Positions 43,495-51,957 of a stretch of DNA of 64,000 nucleotides are shown piece after piece. Numbering within the stretch: position 1 is the first letter of the stretch; each line of letters starts with the position of its first letter. Where the stretch lies: NCBI GenBank assembly GCA_041666745.1, contig JBAYGI010000001.1:155095-219094 (forward strand). The letters are read 5' to 3'. A program made the translations under genes and the position numbers. Below the pieces are notes generated by a model. That model searched no databases and was not told where the DNA came from. It saw nothing but the letters and a program-made list of their open reading frames with translations. The stretch is from Candidatus Magasanikiibacteriota bacterium (GTDB taxonomy: Bacteria > Patescibacteriota > Patescibacteriia > Magasanikbacterales > GWA2-37-8).

Positions 43495-44313
43495 ATGATT
43501 CAAGAATTAATACTACAAGGACCAGCCAAAAATTTTGAAGGTATTAAAAAAATTACACCGGAAGGCGTGGAATATTGGGAGGCGCGCGAGTTGATGCCGA
43601 TGCTGGGGTATGTGGAATGGCGAAAATTTAGCGGCGTTATTGAACGCGCTAAGGCGGCCTGTGTTTTAAGTAGCCAAGCGGTAGACGATCATTTTGTCGG
43701 CGCCGGCAAAATGATAATTTTGGCTAAAAATACAGCAAAAGAGGCTAAACGCAAAATTGATGATTTTTGGCTTTCGCGGTACGCCTGTTATTTGATTGCG
43801 CAAAATGGAGATCCTCGCAAACAAGAAATTGCTTTAGCGCAGACATATTTCGCTGTGCAAACCAGATATCAAGAAATAGCAAAACAGTTGGAAGCGGCTG
43901 ATAAGCGTGTTTTTATCCGTGATGAAGTAACAACACAAAATAAAAAATTATTCAAAACAGCGCGTGCCTCCGGCGTAAGTAATTTTGGTAAATTTAATAA
44001 TGCCGGGTATGTTGGTTTGTATGGCATGGGTATCGGTGAATTGGAACAACATAAAAAAGTTCGTAAAGGCGAACTTTTGGACAGAGCTGGCGCGACAGAA
44101 CTGGCAGCAAATTTATTTAGAATTACACAGACAGATGAGAAATTAAAAATTGACAGAGTTGCCGATGAGGACACAGCTACGCAAACGCACCGAGCGGTTG
44201 GCGAACATGTACGCGATACAATTCGAAATATCGGCGGCACAATGCCCGAGCATCTGCCTTTGGAAAAACATATTAAGGAAGTTAAGAAGGCGGTTAAGAA
44301 ATTGAGAGGTTAG
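43495..44313 (+). CDS. DNA damage-inducible protein D (DinD)-like protein
   Basis: EYWEARELMPMLGYVEWRKFSGVIERAKAACVLSSQAVDDHFV...SRYACYLIAQNGDPRKQEIALAQTYFAVQTRYQE closely parallels the E. coli DinD core, as far as I can recall it. Start chosen at MIQELILQ, after the promoter. Confidence 0.55.
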   Translation: MIQELILQGPAKNFEGIKKITPEGVEYWEARELMPMLGYVEWRKFSGVIERAKAACVLSSQAVDDHFVGAGKMIILAKNTAKEAKRKIDDFWLSRYACYLIAQNGDPRKQEIALAQTYFAVQTRYQEIAKQLEAADKRVFIRDEVTTQNKKLFKTARASGVSNFGKFNNAGYVGLYGMGIGELEQHKKVRKGELLDRAGATELAANLFRITQTDEKLKIDRVADEDTATQTHRAVGEHVRDTIRNIGGTMPEHLPLEKHIKEVKKAVKKLRG

Positions 44314-44392
44314 TGATTTGACAGTAGACATAAATCCTATAGGGAGCTTTAATATATAAATTTTGTATTATTAATTATTTTATATTAACAAA

Positions 44393-44425
44393 AAAACACC
44401 GAATTTTTCGATGTTTTTTAATTTA
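44393..44425. terminator. Bidirectional intrinsic terminator
   Basis: ACACCGAA-TTTTT-CGATGT flanked by A and T runs on both sides. Confidence 0.55.
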
Positions 44426-44627
44426 AGCGTTTTAGATCACTCGCATAATCTGAAAACATATTTTAAAATATTTTCAAATTGCGAGGCGAGTGGTCATAAT
44501 ATATCCATACTGCCTCAGTCCCACCCGCCCGCTTATGCGAGTGGGACATTGCTCGAGGCCTTGTCATGGTGCGCGTGGCGTGGATGGCGCTGGTGTTGTG
44601 CCGTCGCACTCGGTAGTCGCGATCAAT

Positions 44628-44825
44628 CTACTTTATTGCCTCAACAAAGTAGAGAAGAACAACAGTGATGACAGCCCCAGCAATTGCGAGAACTACACTG
44701 GTTACCGAGTAGTAGCACGAAGGAATCTTGTCACTGGACTGAGATGGCCTCATGCCACGTAGACCGGTTGTGAAGATAGCTACGAGCAATACCGTATAGA
44801 ATATCCCAATGCCGTAAATGAGCAT
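44628..44825 (-). CDS. Small two-TM membrane protein (65 aa) in a GC-elevated islet
   Basis: AAGGAG SD 7 nt upstream. Helices IFYTVLLVAIFTTGL and VVLAIAGAVITVVLLYF. Upstream on the minus strand is the promoter TTACAA-16-TATAAT at 44922-44949. Confidence 0.55.
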   Translation of the reverse strand: MLIYGIGIFYTVLLVAIFTTGLRGMRPSQSSDKIPSCYYSVTSVVLAIAGAVITVVLLYFVEAIK

Positions 44826-44984
44826 TACAGTTTCTCCTTTGAGTTGTTGTCAGTCCGACGTTGCGCTTGGCACACAAGAGGTGCCACAGACAGCAGTTAT
44901 GCCTTAACGCGCGCCGTTTAGATAATTATACATATTGAGCGTTGACTTGTAAATGTGTGATAGATAAAAATTAAATAAATATAT

Positions 44985-45010
44985 ACCCCGCACTCAAATT
45001 CTGTGGTATA
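44985..45010 (+). promoter_or_regulatory. Extended -10 promoter (CTGTGGTATAAT)
   Basis: Upstream of the 45051 CDS. Confidence 0.45.
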
Positions 45011-45050
45011 ATAAATATAGGTAAATAAATTTATCTATTAAGGTTTTTAT

Positions 45051-46718
45051 ATGTCAAAAACAAAGTCCACACCAATCAAAAAAATATTTTGGGTCGTGGG
45101 AATAATTTTAGTTGTGATTATTATTTTGGTAATAGTTTCTGTTAAAAAATATAGCGCATTGGCAGAGGTGGTGAAAAATGCGCGGTACGGTTCCGGTTGT
45201 GACAAAATGGTGCCGATGCAAGATATCGCCGGTTATCCCATTCCAATAAAAACAAACAAAGGCGAAACATACCAGATGTTTTATTTTGGAATGTATCCAT
45301 CGTATCCGGCGCAGGCGCCCGGACAGTCGCCTGTTTTGCTCGCTCCGTCTGTGGTGGCGGAATTTCAGTTGAATGGCGATGCGATATGTTCGCCTTTGCA
45401 TTTTGATGATAAAATGGTGATAAAAAAGGACTACGGTCCGCGTTATTCTGTCGAAGTGGATAAATTATCCATGGGGTCATTGGATTCCAAACGCAATGAT
45501 TTATTTTTGGCTACAGAGAAAGTTGCGAAAAAGTATTTTGCCGGTGAAGCTGATAGCGTGGCCAAAGAAGCAGCCACGGATTTTTTTGATCAATTTATTT
45601 ATTTATCCGAGCCGGGTTTTCAACAATTTTATTATGATCTAAATCCGGATTTTTGGCAGTGGGTGGAAGATTTGACTGGGAAAAAATTAGCGGAAGTTTC
45701 GGTTGCATCTATAACCAAAACCAGCAAAGATACAATCAAAGGAGAAGATGAAATTCCAGCAGAAGCGCGTGCTTTTCTACCTTCCGAGGGGTTGATGGCA
45801 GTGAGCGGTGGATTTGTTTCCGCCAGCCGGCGATTAGTTGTGAATTTAAACAAAAAAACTTTAATTTTTGAGAACAACCCAGAGAAAAACAGCTCGGTTT
45901 ATGGCCCGATGCCACAGCGCGATAAGGTAACTCTAACTAATGATCAACTTCAGCGAATTAGTACTCTTATTAATGATACTTTGGCAGATGATAATAATAT
46001 CAATCGGCCGCCTTTGCCGGATTTTGCCATTATTTTATTTTTAGCGCATAACAATTCCGTAAAAATGATCCGTTGGCCGGCAGGGGACAAGGCCAGCGAA
46101 CTTTATGACTATGTTTGGGATCTAACATCGCCTGCGATTCAGACCACGCCAACACCCAATGAAAACACCACAAATAAAGATGAAATTTTAAAGGGTACAT
46201 ACAATTGGGGCACGGCCACCGGCTCTGGTGTGGAGCAATATAAAAATGTTGTGTGGCAGGCAATTATCGCCTCTCGAGTAGCCGGATTTCCAACCACTGT
46301 TAATGCTTTAGAAAAAAACACAGAGAAATGCCAAGGGTTTTCGGAAACAGCCTTGAGGCATGAGGGCTGTATGTGCCAGACCGGCTATTGGGTGGAAATA
46401 ACTAAAAATAGCAAGACCATTAAAATTGATACTGAAACGAAACTAAAAAATATTTTATTGCCGATTGATAGCGCAGATAAAGCAATTAGTTTGGTAACAT
46501 TGACTAAGGGAGATTTGAACAGTAATCAAAATATTCCGACTGGTCATACTTTAAAAATTAACGATGGTTTTTTGGTTCAGGTGATAGATCAAAATTCTTG
46601 TGGGTGCAGTACCCATACGCCCACCGGCGCGATTTATAAAGTTACAAAATCGGGCGTGGTAATGCAAATAGCCAGTGAAGTTGTCAAAGCCACTGGACCG
46701 GAGGTGTGTGTAGACTAG
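45051..46718 (+). CDS. Membrane-anchored extracytoplasmic hypothetical protein
   Basis: N-terminal TM helix IFWVVGIILVVIIILVIVSV. 555 aa. No motif recognised. Confidence 0.5.
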   Translation: MSKTKSTPIKKIFWVVGIILVVIIILVIVSVKKYSALAEVVKNARYGSGCDKMVPMQDIAGYPIPIKTNKGETYQMFYFGMYPSYPAQAPGQSPVLLAPSVVAEFQLNGDAICSPLHFDDKMVIKKDYGPRYSVEVDKLSMGSLDSKRNDLFLATEKVAKKYFAGEADSVAKEAATDFFDQFIYLSEPGFQQFYYDLNPDFWQWVEDLTGKKLAEVSVASITKTSKDTIKGEDEIPAEARAFLPSEGLMAVSGGFVSASRRLVVNLNKKTLIFENNPEKNSSVYGPMPQRDKVTLTNDQLQRISTLINDTLADDNNINRPPLPDFAIILFLAHNNSVKMIRWPAGDKASELYDYVWDLTSPAIQTTPTPNENTTNKDEILKGTYNWGTATGSGVEQYKNVVWQAIIASRVAGFPTTVNALEKNTEKCQGFSETALRHEGCMCQTGYWVEITKNSKTIKIDTETKLKNILLPIDSADKAISLVTLTKGDLNSNQNIPTGHTLKINDGFLVQVIDQNSCGCSTHTPTGAIYKVTKSGVVMQIASEVVKATGPEVCVD

Positions 46719-46778
46719 AGAAGTTTTAGAAAATTGTATGGTATAATACAATAAGTTTGATTTTTATTTTTAATTTAT

Positions 46779-47408
46779 ATGTCAAATATACCAACCAAAT
46801 CAGGCGGTGTAAAAAAAGCTATTTTAATAATTCTTGGCGCCATATTATTGTTTATAATATTTTGCGCTGGCTGTTTATTTACATTGGATAAACTTATAAA
46901 ACTGTCGGAACCAGCAGAGGGTTCAAAATGCTCGGATAGTTTGCCGTGCAAAAATGAATTAAAATGTATTGGTACGACTTGTTCATCCGGAAAGAAGGGA
47001 TCATATTGCGAATCAAAAACAGATTGTTCCACGCCGTATTGTGTGGAAAATGTTTGCAGAGAAGATATCAAAGTCGGTATTTATGTGGATGAAGAACCGA
47101 AAAATCCGAATAATTTGAAAAAGATAAAAATTGCTGTTATCACCGTTGGAATGACGGATGGAAATTTGACTGTGGATAATATTAAAGATGGTTTTTCAGC
47201 TGATATTGATCGTCTGAATAAAGCTTTGACTGAAATGAAAAAACGCCCAACATTGACACTTGTAGGCGAAAATGAAAGAACGATAAATGGCCAGCGGGTG
47301 ATAGCGATGGAAGCGTGGGAAGTGAAAAAAAATGAACCCAATTATGCTTATGCCGTAGTGCATGCGTTGGAGATGGAATTTGGTTTGAGAGCAGAAGTTG
47401 AACGGTAA
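46779..47408 (+). CDS. Membrane-anchored hypothetical protein with a Cys-rich segment
   Basis: TM helix ILIILGAILLFIIFCAGCLF. Cys-rich stretch KCSDSLPCKNELKCIGTTCSSGKKGSYCESKTDCSTPYCVENVC. Confidence 0.5.
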   Translation: MSNIPTKSGGVKKAILIILGAILLFIIFCAGCLFTLDKLIKLSEPAEGSKCSDSLPCKNELKCIGTTCSSGKKGSYCESKTDCSTPYCVENVCREDIKVGIYVDEEPKNPNNLKKIKIAVITVGMTDGNLTVDNIKDGFSADIDRLNKALTEMKKRPTLTLVGENERTINGQRVIAMEAWEVKKNEPNYAYAVVHALEMEFGLRAEVER

Positions 47409-47455
47409 ATAAAAAAGTTGTATAATTAAAATGTATTTTTTAAAAATTATATTTT

Positions 47456-47806
47456 ATGCGTTTTAAAATTTGGCAGGCCGGTTTTTGGGGAAGTGTCTCT
47501 ACCTTTCTGTTGCTTGGCCTATACAAAGTAGTTAATGCCGCGACATTGCGCATCGCGTCGCTACCGGGTGTTTCTTATATGGGGCCACCTAACCCGCGCC
47601 ATTTAGATGGATTGATTTCTATTACAATACCAAGTCCTGCTTATGGTTCGGATGCTGGTGCTTCTTTGTGGAGTTATATTTGGCCTTTGCTTCTCGGTTT
47701 GGTAGTATTATTTATTTTCATCGTTGGTGTTGTCTCAATTATTTCTTTTATTGTTAGAAAAATTCGCGGTTGTTGTCAAAAGAAAAAAGGGGCGAGTAAA
47801 AAATAG
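47456..47806 (+). CDS. Small secreted/membrane protein with a C-terminal TM helix and basic Cys-containing tail
   Basis: Signal-like N-terminus. C-terminal LLLGLVVLFIFIVGVVSIISFIVRKIRGCCQKKKGASKK. Confidence 0.45.
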   Translation: MRFKIWQAGFWGSVSTFLLLGLYKVVNAATLRIASLPGVSYMGPPNPRHLDGLISITIPSPAYGSDAGASLWSYIWPLLLGLVVLFIFIVGVVSIISFIVRKIRGCCQKKKGASKK

Positions 47807-47809
47807 TGT

Positions 47810-48406
47810 GTGATGAATTTTGAATATTTTTACAAAACAATCGGATACGAATTAAATTCTTGGATTTTAGACATGTTGCGAAAACGGGGAGTGGTAATGC
47901 CTCCTCGTTTTGTTGCTTGGGATTCTACGCGACGGTGTAATTTGAATTGTGAACATTGTGGCGCGAAAAAGGAAATTTATCCCAAAGAATTATCCACGGA
48001 TGAAATAAAAATTGAACTCATTGAATTAATAAAAAAATACCGAAAAAAATGGCGTAGGAAAATAAAAATTGACTTGGGAGAAAATGCCGCTTATTTGGGG
48101 GAATATGATCACCAAGCGCGCATCCAACCGTTTTTTTGTCCAGTAGGATTTTCAACTTGTTGTATCGGCGCGGATGGCAATGTGCGTGGCTGTCCGGAAC
48201 AACCGGACACGGAATATTTCAGAGAAGGAAATATTTTACAAAAAAGTTTTAAAGAAATTTGGGAGAACGGATTTAAAAAATATCGTGATGATGAATATCT
48301 AAAAGATGATGTTTGCGCGCATTGCGAATATCACAAAAAATGTCGTGGCGGTTGTTGGGTGAATAAAGTCAAAGGAAAAATTTGCGCGGCGAAGGAATAT
48401 TGTTAA
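47810..48406 (+). CDS. Mini radical-SAM/SPASM protein. The CxxxCxxC motif is followed almost directly by a SPASM domain, with the barrel core missing.
   Basis: CNLNCEHC at residues 43-50. FFCPVGFSTCCIGADGNVRGCPE opens the SPASM domain. CAHCEYHKKCRGGC matches CX2CX5CX3C. Only 198 aa. Confidence 0.5.
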   Translation: MMNFEYFYKTIGYELNSWILDMLRKRGVVMPPRFVAWDSTRRCNLNCEHCGAKKEIYPKELSTDEIKIELIELIKKYRKKWRRKIKIDLGENAAYLGEYDHQARIQPFFCPVGFSTCCIGADGNVRGCPEQPDTEYFREGNILQKSFKEIWENGFKKYRDDEYLKDDVCAHCEYHKKCRGGCWVNKVKGKICAAKEYC

Positions 48407-48493
48407 TAAAATTGCATTTTGCGCTCATTTTTACAAAGTGGTATAATAATACTGTTAGTTTTAATTTAGTTAATATTAAGTAATATAAACTTT

Positions 48494-51421
48494 ATGGCCA
48501 TAATAAATTTTTTACGAAAGGCGAATGCATTCGCGCTTGTTTTTATGATTGTCATCGCAGTATTTTGTACTTTAGTTTTTGTTAAAATAACAAATGCTCA
48601 AGTAAAAGAGTGGAGCTTCGCTAATTGTACTGATACTGATGGTGGAACTGATTATTTTTTAAAAGGTGATTTTGCTTATGACACACTCCACAATGGGAAA
48701 GTCAATGGTCATGCTGGTGGAGTTGAAAAATGTGTTGGAAATGTGGTAGAAGAAAATATTTGTACGGATGATTCGCCAAAAATTACGAAATATACATGTC
48801 CAAATGGTTGCAAAGATGGCGCTTGTATTGCAGAAACAAAGCCTTTATGTACCGACTCCGACAATGGAAGGGATTATTTTGTAAAAGGGGAGTCAACGGA
48901 TTTTGGCGATACCAGAAAAGATGTTTGTTTTGATTCAAATACTGTTACGGAATTTTTTTGTGAGCAAGCGGCCGGTCAAACACGGCCATCTCGAGGAGCG
49001 GAACAGAAAAATTGTGAATACGGATGTGATGATGGAGCTTGTTTAACAGAGCCGATGGAAAAACCGGAAGAATTGCAGGATGTAAAAACATTTACGGTTT
49101 ATGCCGGTGTTGAAGTATATTATAAAAATTCAGAATTTGAAGTAAATGGAGCGGCGAGCGACCCAAAAACGAGCTTATCTGATTTGTTGGATATGCGTTG
49201 GTCTAAAATTTCCGGTCCAGCGGGTGGCAAGGTGTTGTTTAGCCAGGCAAAGTGTACGCCTTCCAATTGGATGGGGTTTTGCAAGACCACTATTTCTGCA
49301 ACTAAGGACGGAGTATATAAAATTCGACTGAAAGCTATAAATATTAAAAAAACCAGCTCTTATGATGACATCGCTTTGGTGTGGGATACAAAAGGTCCGG
49401 TGTTAAAGGAAGTCAAAAGAATTCCGGTTATTGGAAATGATCCAAATCCGACAGTTACAATTAATGTGTCAGCTATAAATTCCGTCAAACAAGTTTACAA
49501 CCGTTTCGGATATATTATCTATGGCGGCGCGTGCGCTGGCCATGATACTTCGGTCAAACAAGGAAATAATGCGATTGAGTTGTTAAAATTGGCTGATGGA
49601 ACATACGACGATTGTACTATTCAGGTGCAGGATATGGCTGGCAATTTGAGTAATGTTTTAAAAATTTCCAAATTCACCATTGACACTCAATCGCCGACTC
49701 CGCCGGAGATAAGTCAACCGGAAGATGATATTACCGACTCATCGTACATAATATCCGGCACGAAAGAAGCAGGAGCATCTGTGTGGTTGGGAAAAAAGCA
49801 GATAGTGAAACATGATGCAGGCACAAATTGGAAGTATAAAGTTAAATTGAATAGTGGGGAAAATAATTTTGGCATATTTACAGAAGATGAGGCGGGTAAT
49901 GATAGTCAAAAAGTTGTCTTAAATGTTGAAAAACAAAAACCGGTTTGTAACGCGTGGGCGTATGGCGCGTGGGGAAAGTGTGACGATAACCAGCAAATGC
50001 GTAAAATATTTTCTGCTTCTCCAAAAAATTGCGTTGGCGGAAAACCGGATGTGGCCAAAGATTGTAAAGCAGAAAAAAATAAACCATTGTGCGAGTCGTA
50101 TAATTATTCAACATGGAGCAAGTGTGTAAATAATAAACAGGTCAGGACTATTGAATCAACATTGCCGGATAATTGCCGTGGCGGGGAGTCGCCTGTTTTG
50201 AGTCAAATATGCGGTAAAGATGTTTGCGAGTCCGTAAATTACACGACATGGAGCAGCTGTGATAAAAATACTGGCAAGAAAACACGCAAAATTGAATCTA
50301 CTTCGCCAGCGGTTTGTGTTGTTGAAAAACCTGTATTGAGCACAGATTGCAACGGTTGTGAATCATTTAATTATTCCGTTTGGAGTTCCTGCGTAAATAA
50401 TAAACAGACCAGAACAGTTGAATCCACATTGCCTACGGATTGCAGTGGTGGTGTTCAGCCGGTGTTAAGTCAGACATGTGGTAAATCATCATGCGATTTT
50501 GTTTATTACACCACTTGGAGCGCTTGCGACAAAACTACAGGCAAACGAACGCGTCAAGTTGAATCAACGTCGCCAAAACTTTGTGTTCCGGAAAATCCGG
50601 AGTTGTCAAAAGATTGCAATGCTTGCGAATCATATAATTATTCTATGTGGAGCGCGTGCGTAAACAACACACAGACCAGAAATGTGGAATCAACTTTCCC
50701 ATCTGATTGCAGTGGTGGTGTTCAGCCGATAAAAAGTCGTGAATGTGGTAAGACCGCTTGCGATTTTACATATTACACAACATGGAGCGCCTGTGACAAA
50801 ACCACCGGCCAAAGAACACGAAAAGTAGAGTCAACTGTACCTGCGGTTTGTGTTGTGGATAAGCCATGGCTGACCAAAGATTGTAACGCTTGTGAATCAT
50901 ATAATTATTCTACGTGGAGTGCTTGCGTGAATAACACACAAAGCCGAACGATTGAATCCACTTTTCCATCGGATTGTAGCGGTGGAGCGCAACCACTATT
51001 GAGCCGAGAGTGTGGCAAGGAATTTTGTGACTATGTCTATTACACCACTTGGAGCAAATGCGATAAAAATACTGGCAAAAGAACACGTACAGTAGAATCT
51101 ACTTCACCGGCGGTTTGTGTTCCTGAAAATCCGTGGTTGTCAAAAGATTGTGATCTTTGTGAGTCATATAATTATTCGGCATGGAGCGCTTGTGATGGGA
51201 GCGGTGTTCAACACCATACAGTAGAATCAACATTTCCTGAAGATTGCTACGGTGGAGCCCAGCCGTCACTCACGCGCAATTGCGTAGCTTGCGATTCGTG
51301 GATTTATGGCACATGGGGCGCTTGCGCGAACGGTCAGCAGACCAGAACTGTAATGCCCGGCACAGCACTCCCTCTTAATTGTTGGGGTGGTTCGCCGTTG
51401 CTTTCGCAATCGTGCTTTTGA
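48494..51421 (+). CDS. Giant secreted protein (975 aa) with about 14 alternating Cys-containing tandem repeats of about 47 aa (thrombospondin-type-1-like WSxC...R pattern)
   Basis: Signal anchor at the N-terminus. Repeat type X is CESYNYSTWSACVNNTQTRTVESTFPSDCSGG..P.LS..CGK. Repeat type Y is CDF.YYTTWSACDKTTG.RTR.VESTSP..CV.E.P.LSKDCN. Confidence 0.6.
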   Translation: MAIINFLRKANAFALVFMIVIAVFCTLVFVKITNAQVKEWSFANCTDTDGGTDYFLKGDFAYDTLHNGKVNGHAGGVEKCVGNVVEENICTDDSPKITKYTCPNGCKDGACIAETKPLCTDSDNGRDYFVKGESTDFGDTRKDVCFDSNTVTEFFCEQAAGQTRPSRGAEQKNCEYGCDDGACLTEPMEKPEELQDVKTFTVYAGVEVYYKNSEFEVNGAASDPKTSLSDLLDMRWSKISGPAGGKVLFSQAKCTPSNWMGFCKTTISATKDGVYKIRLKAINIKKTSSYDDIALVWDTKGPVLKEVKRIPVIGNDPNPTVTINVSAINSVKQVYNRFGYIIYGGACAGHDTSVKQGNNAIELLKLADGTYDDCTIQVQDMAGNLSNVLKISKFTIDTQSPTPPEISQPEDDITDSSYIISGTKEAGASVWLGKKQIVKHDAGTNWKYKVKLNSGENNFGIFTEDEAGNDSQKVVLNVEKQKPVCNAWAYGAWGKCDDNQQMRKIFSASPKNCVGGKPDVAKDCKAEKNKPLCESYNYSTWSKCVNNKQVRTIESTLPDNCRGGESPVLSQICGKDVCESVNYTTWSSCDKNTGKKTRKIESTSPAVCVVEKPVLSTDCNGCESFNYSVWSSCVNNKQTRTVESTLPTDCSGGVQPVLSQTCGKSSCDFVYYTTWSACDKTTGKRTRQVESTSPKLCVPENPELSKDCNACESYNYSMWSACVNNTQTRNVESTFPSDCSGGVQPIKSRECGKTACDFTYYTTWSACDKTTGQRTRKVESTVPAVCVVDKPWLTKDCNACESYNYSTWSACVNNTQSRTIESTFPSDCSGGAQPLLSRECGKEFCDYVYYTTWSKCDKNTGKRTRTVESTSPAVCVPENPWLSKDCDLCESYNYSAWSACDGSGVQHHTVESTFPEDCYGGAQPSLTRNCVACDSWIYGTWGACANGQQTRTVMPGTALPLNCWGGSPLLSQSCF
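49945..51420 (+). repeat. Tandem coding repeats with a period of about 141 nt, two alternating types
   Basis: Seen in the translation. The nucleotide units are divergent but clearly periodic. Confidence 0.6.
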
Positions 51422-51479
51422 TCGCAATTTTAATTCAAAGGTCGAACAAAAAGATTAAAAAATAAATTACATATTAAGT

Positions 51480-51878
51480 ATGTTGAATTCAAAAAATAAA
51501 TTTTTAGCAACAATAGTTTTATTTTCCGGAGTTCTTTTATTGGTAGGCGCCGGTTGCGCCCAAAAAACAACTGCTCCAGCGCCAAAGAATGAAAGCGCGC
51601 CAGCTGTTGCCCCAGCAAAAGAAGAAACAGCAAAACCGGGGGACATCGGTAATATGACAGATGATATTTATGTAAAGATAACAGCTGATATGAATTACGC
51701 GCTTGGAAAGGGAGATCTAAAATATTCCGGAGATGAAGGATTCGCGAAATTATTGAAGGATAATGGCGTAACAAAAGAAAATTTTGATGCCTATACCACA
51801 GCATTGGAAAAAGATTCTACTCGCGCAGCCAGTTTGGGGATGAAAATTATGGAACGGCTTAAGGAATTGTCTAAGTAG
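51480..51878 (+). CDS. Small lipoprotein, hypothetical
   Basis: Lipobox LLLVGAGCAQ. Confidence 0.55.
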   Translation: MLNSKNKFLATIVLFSGVLLLVGAGCAQKTTAPAPKNESAPAVAPAKEETAKPGDIGNMTDDIYVKITADMNYALGKGDLKYSGDEGFAKLLKDNGVTKENFDAYTTALEKDSTRAASLGMKIMERLKELSK

Positions 51879-51893
51879 TAGATAATGGAAATA

Positions 51894-51927
51894 GGTAAAA
51901 GCGAAGTAAATTCACTTCGCTTTTACC
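51894..51927 (+). terminator. Perfect 14-bp hairpin, terminator-like
   Basis: GGTAAAAGCGAAGT-AAATTC-ACTTCGCTTTTACC followed by TATAAAATATTTT. Confidence 0.45.
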
Positions 51928-51957
51928 TATAAAATATTTTAGAATAATTTTTTTAGT

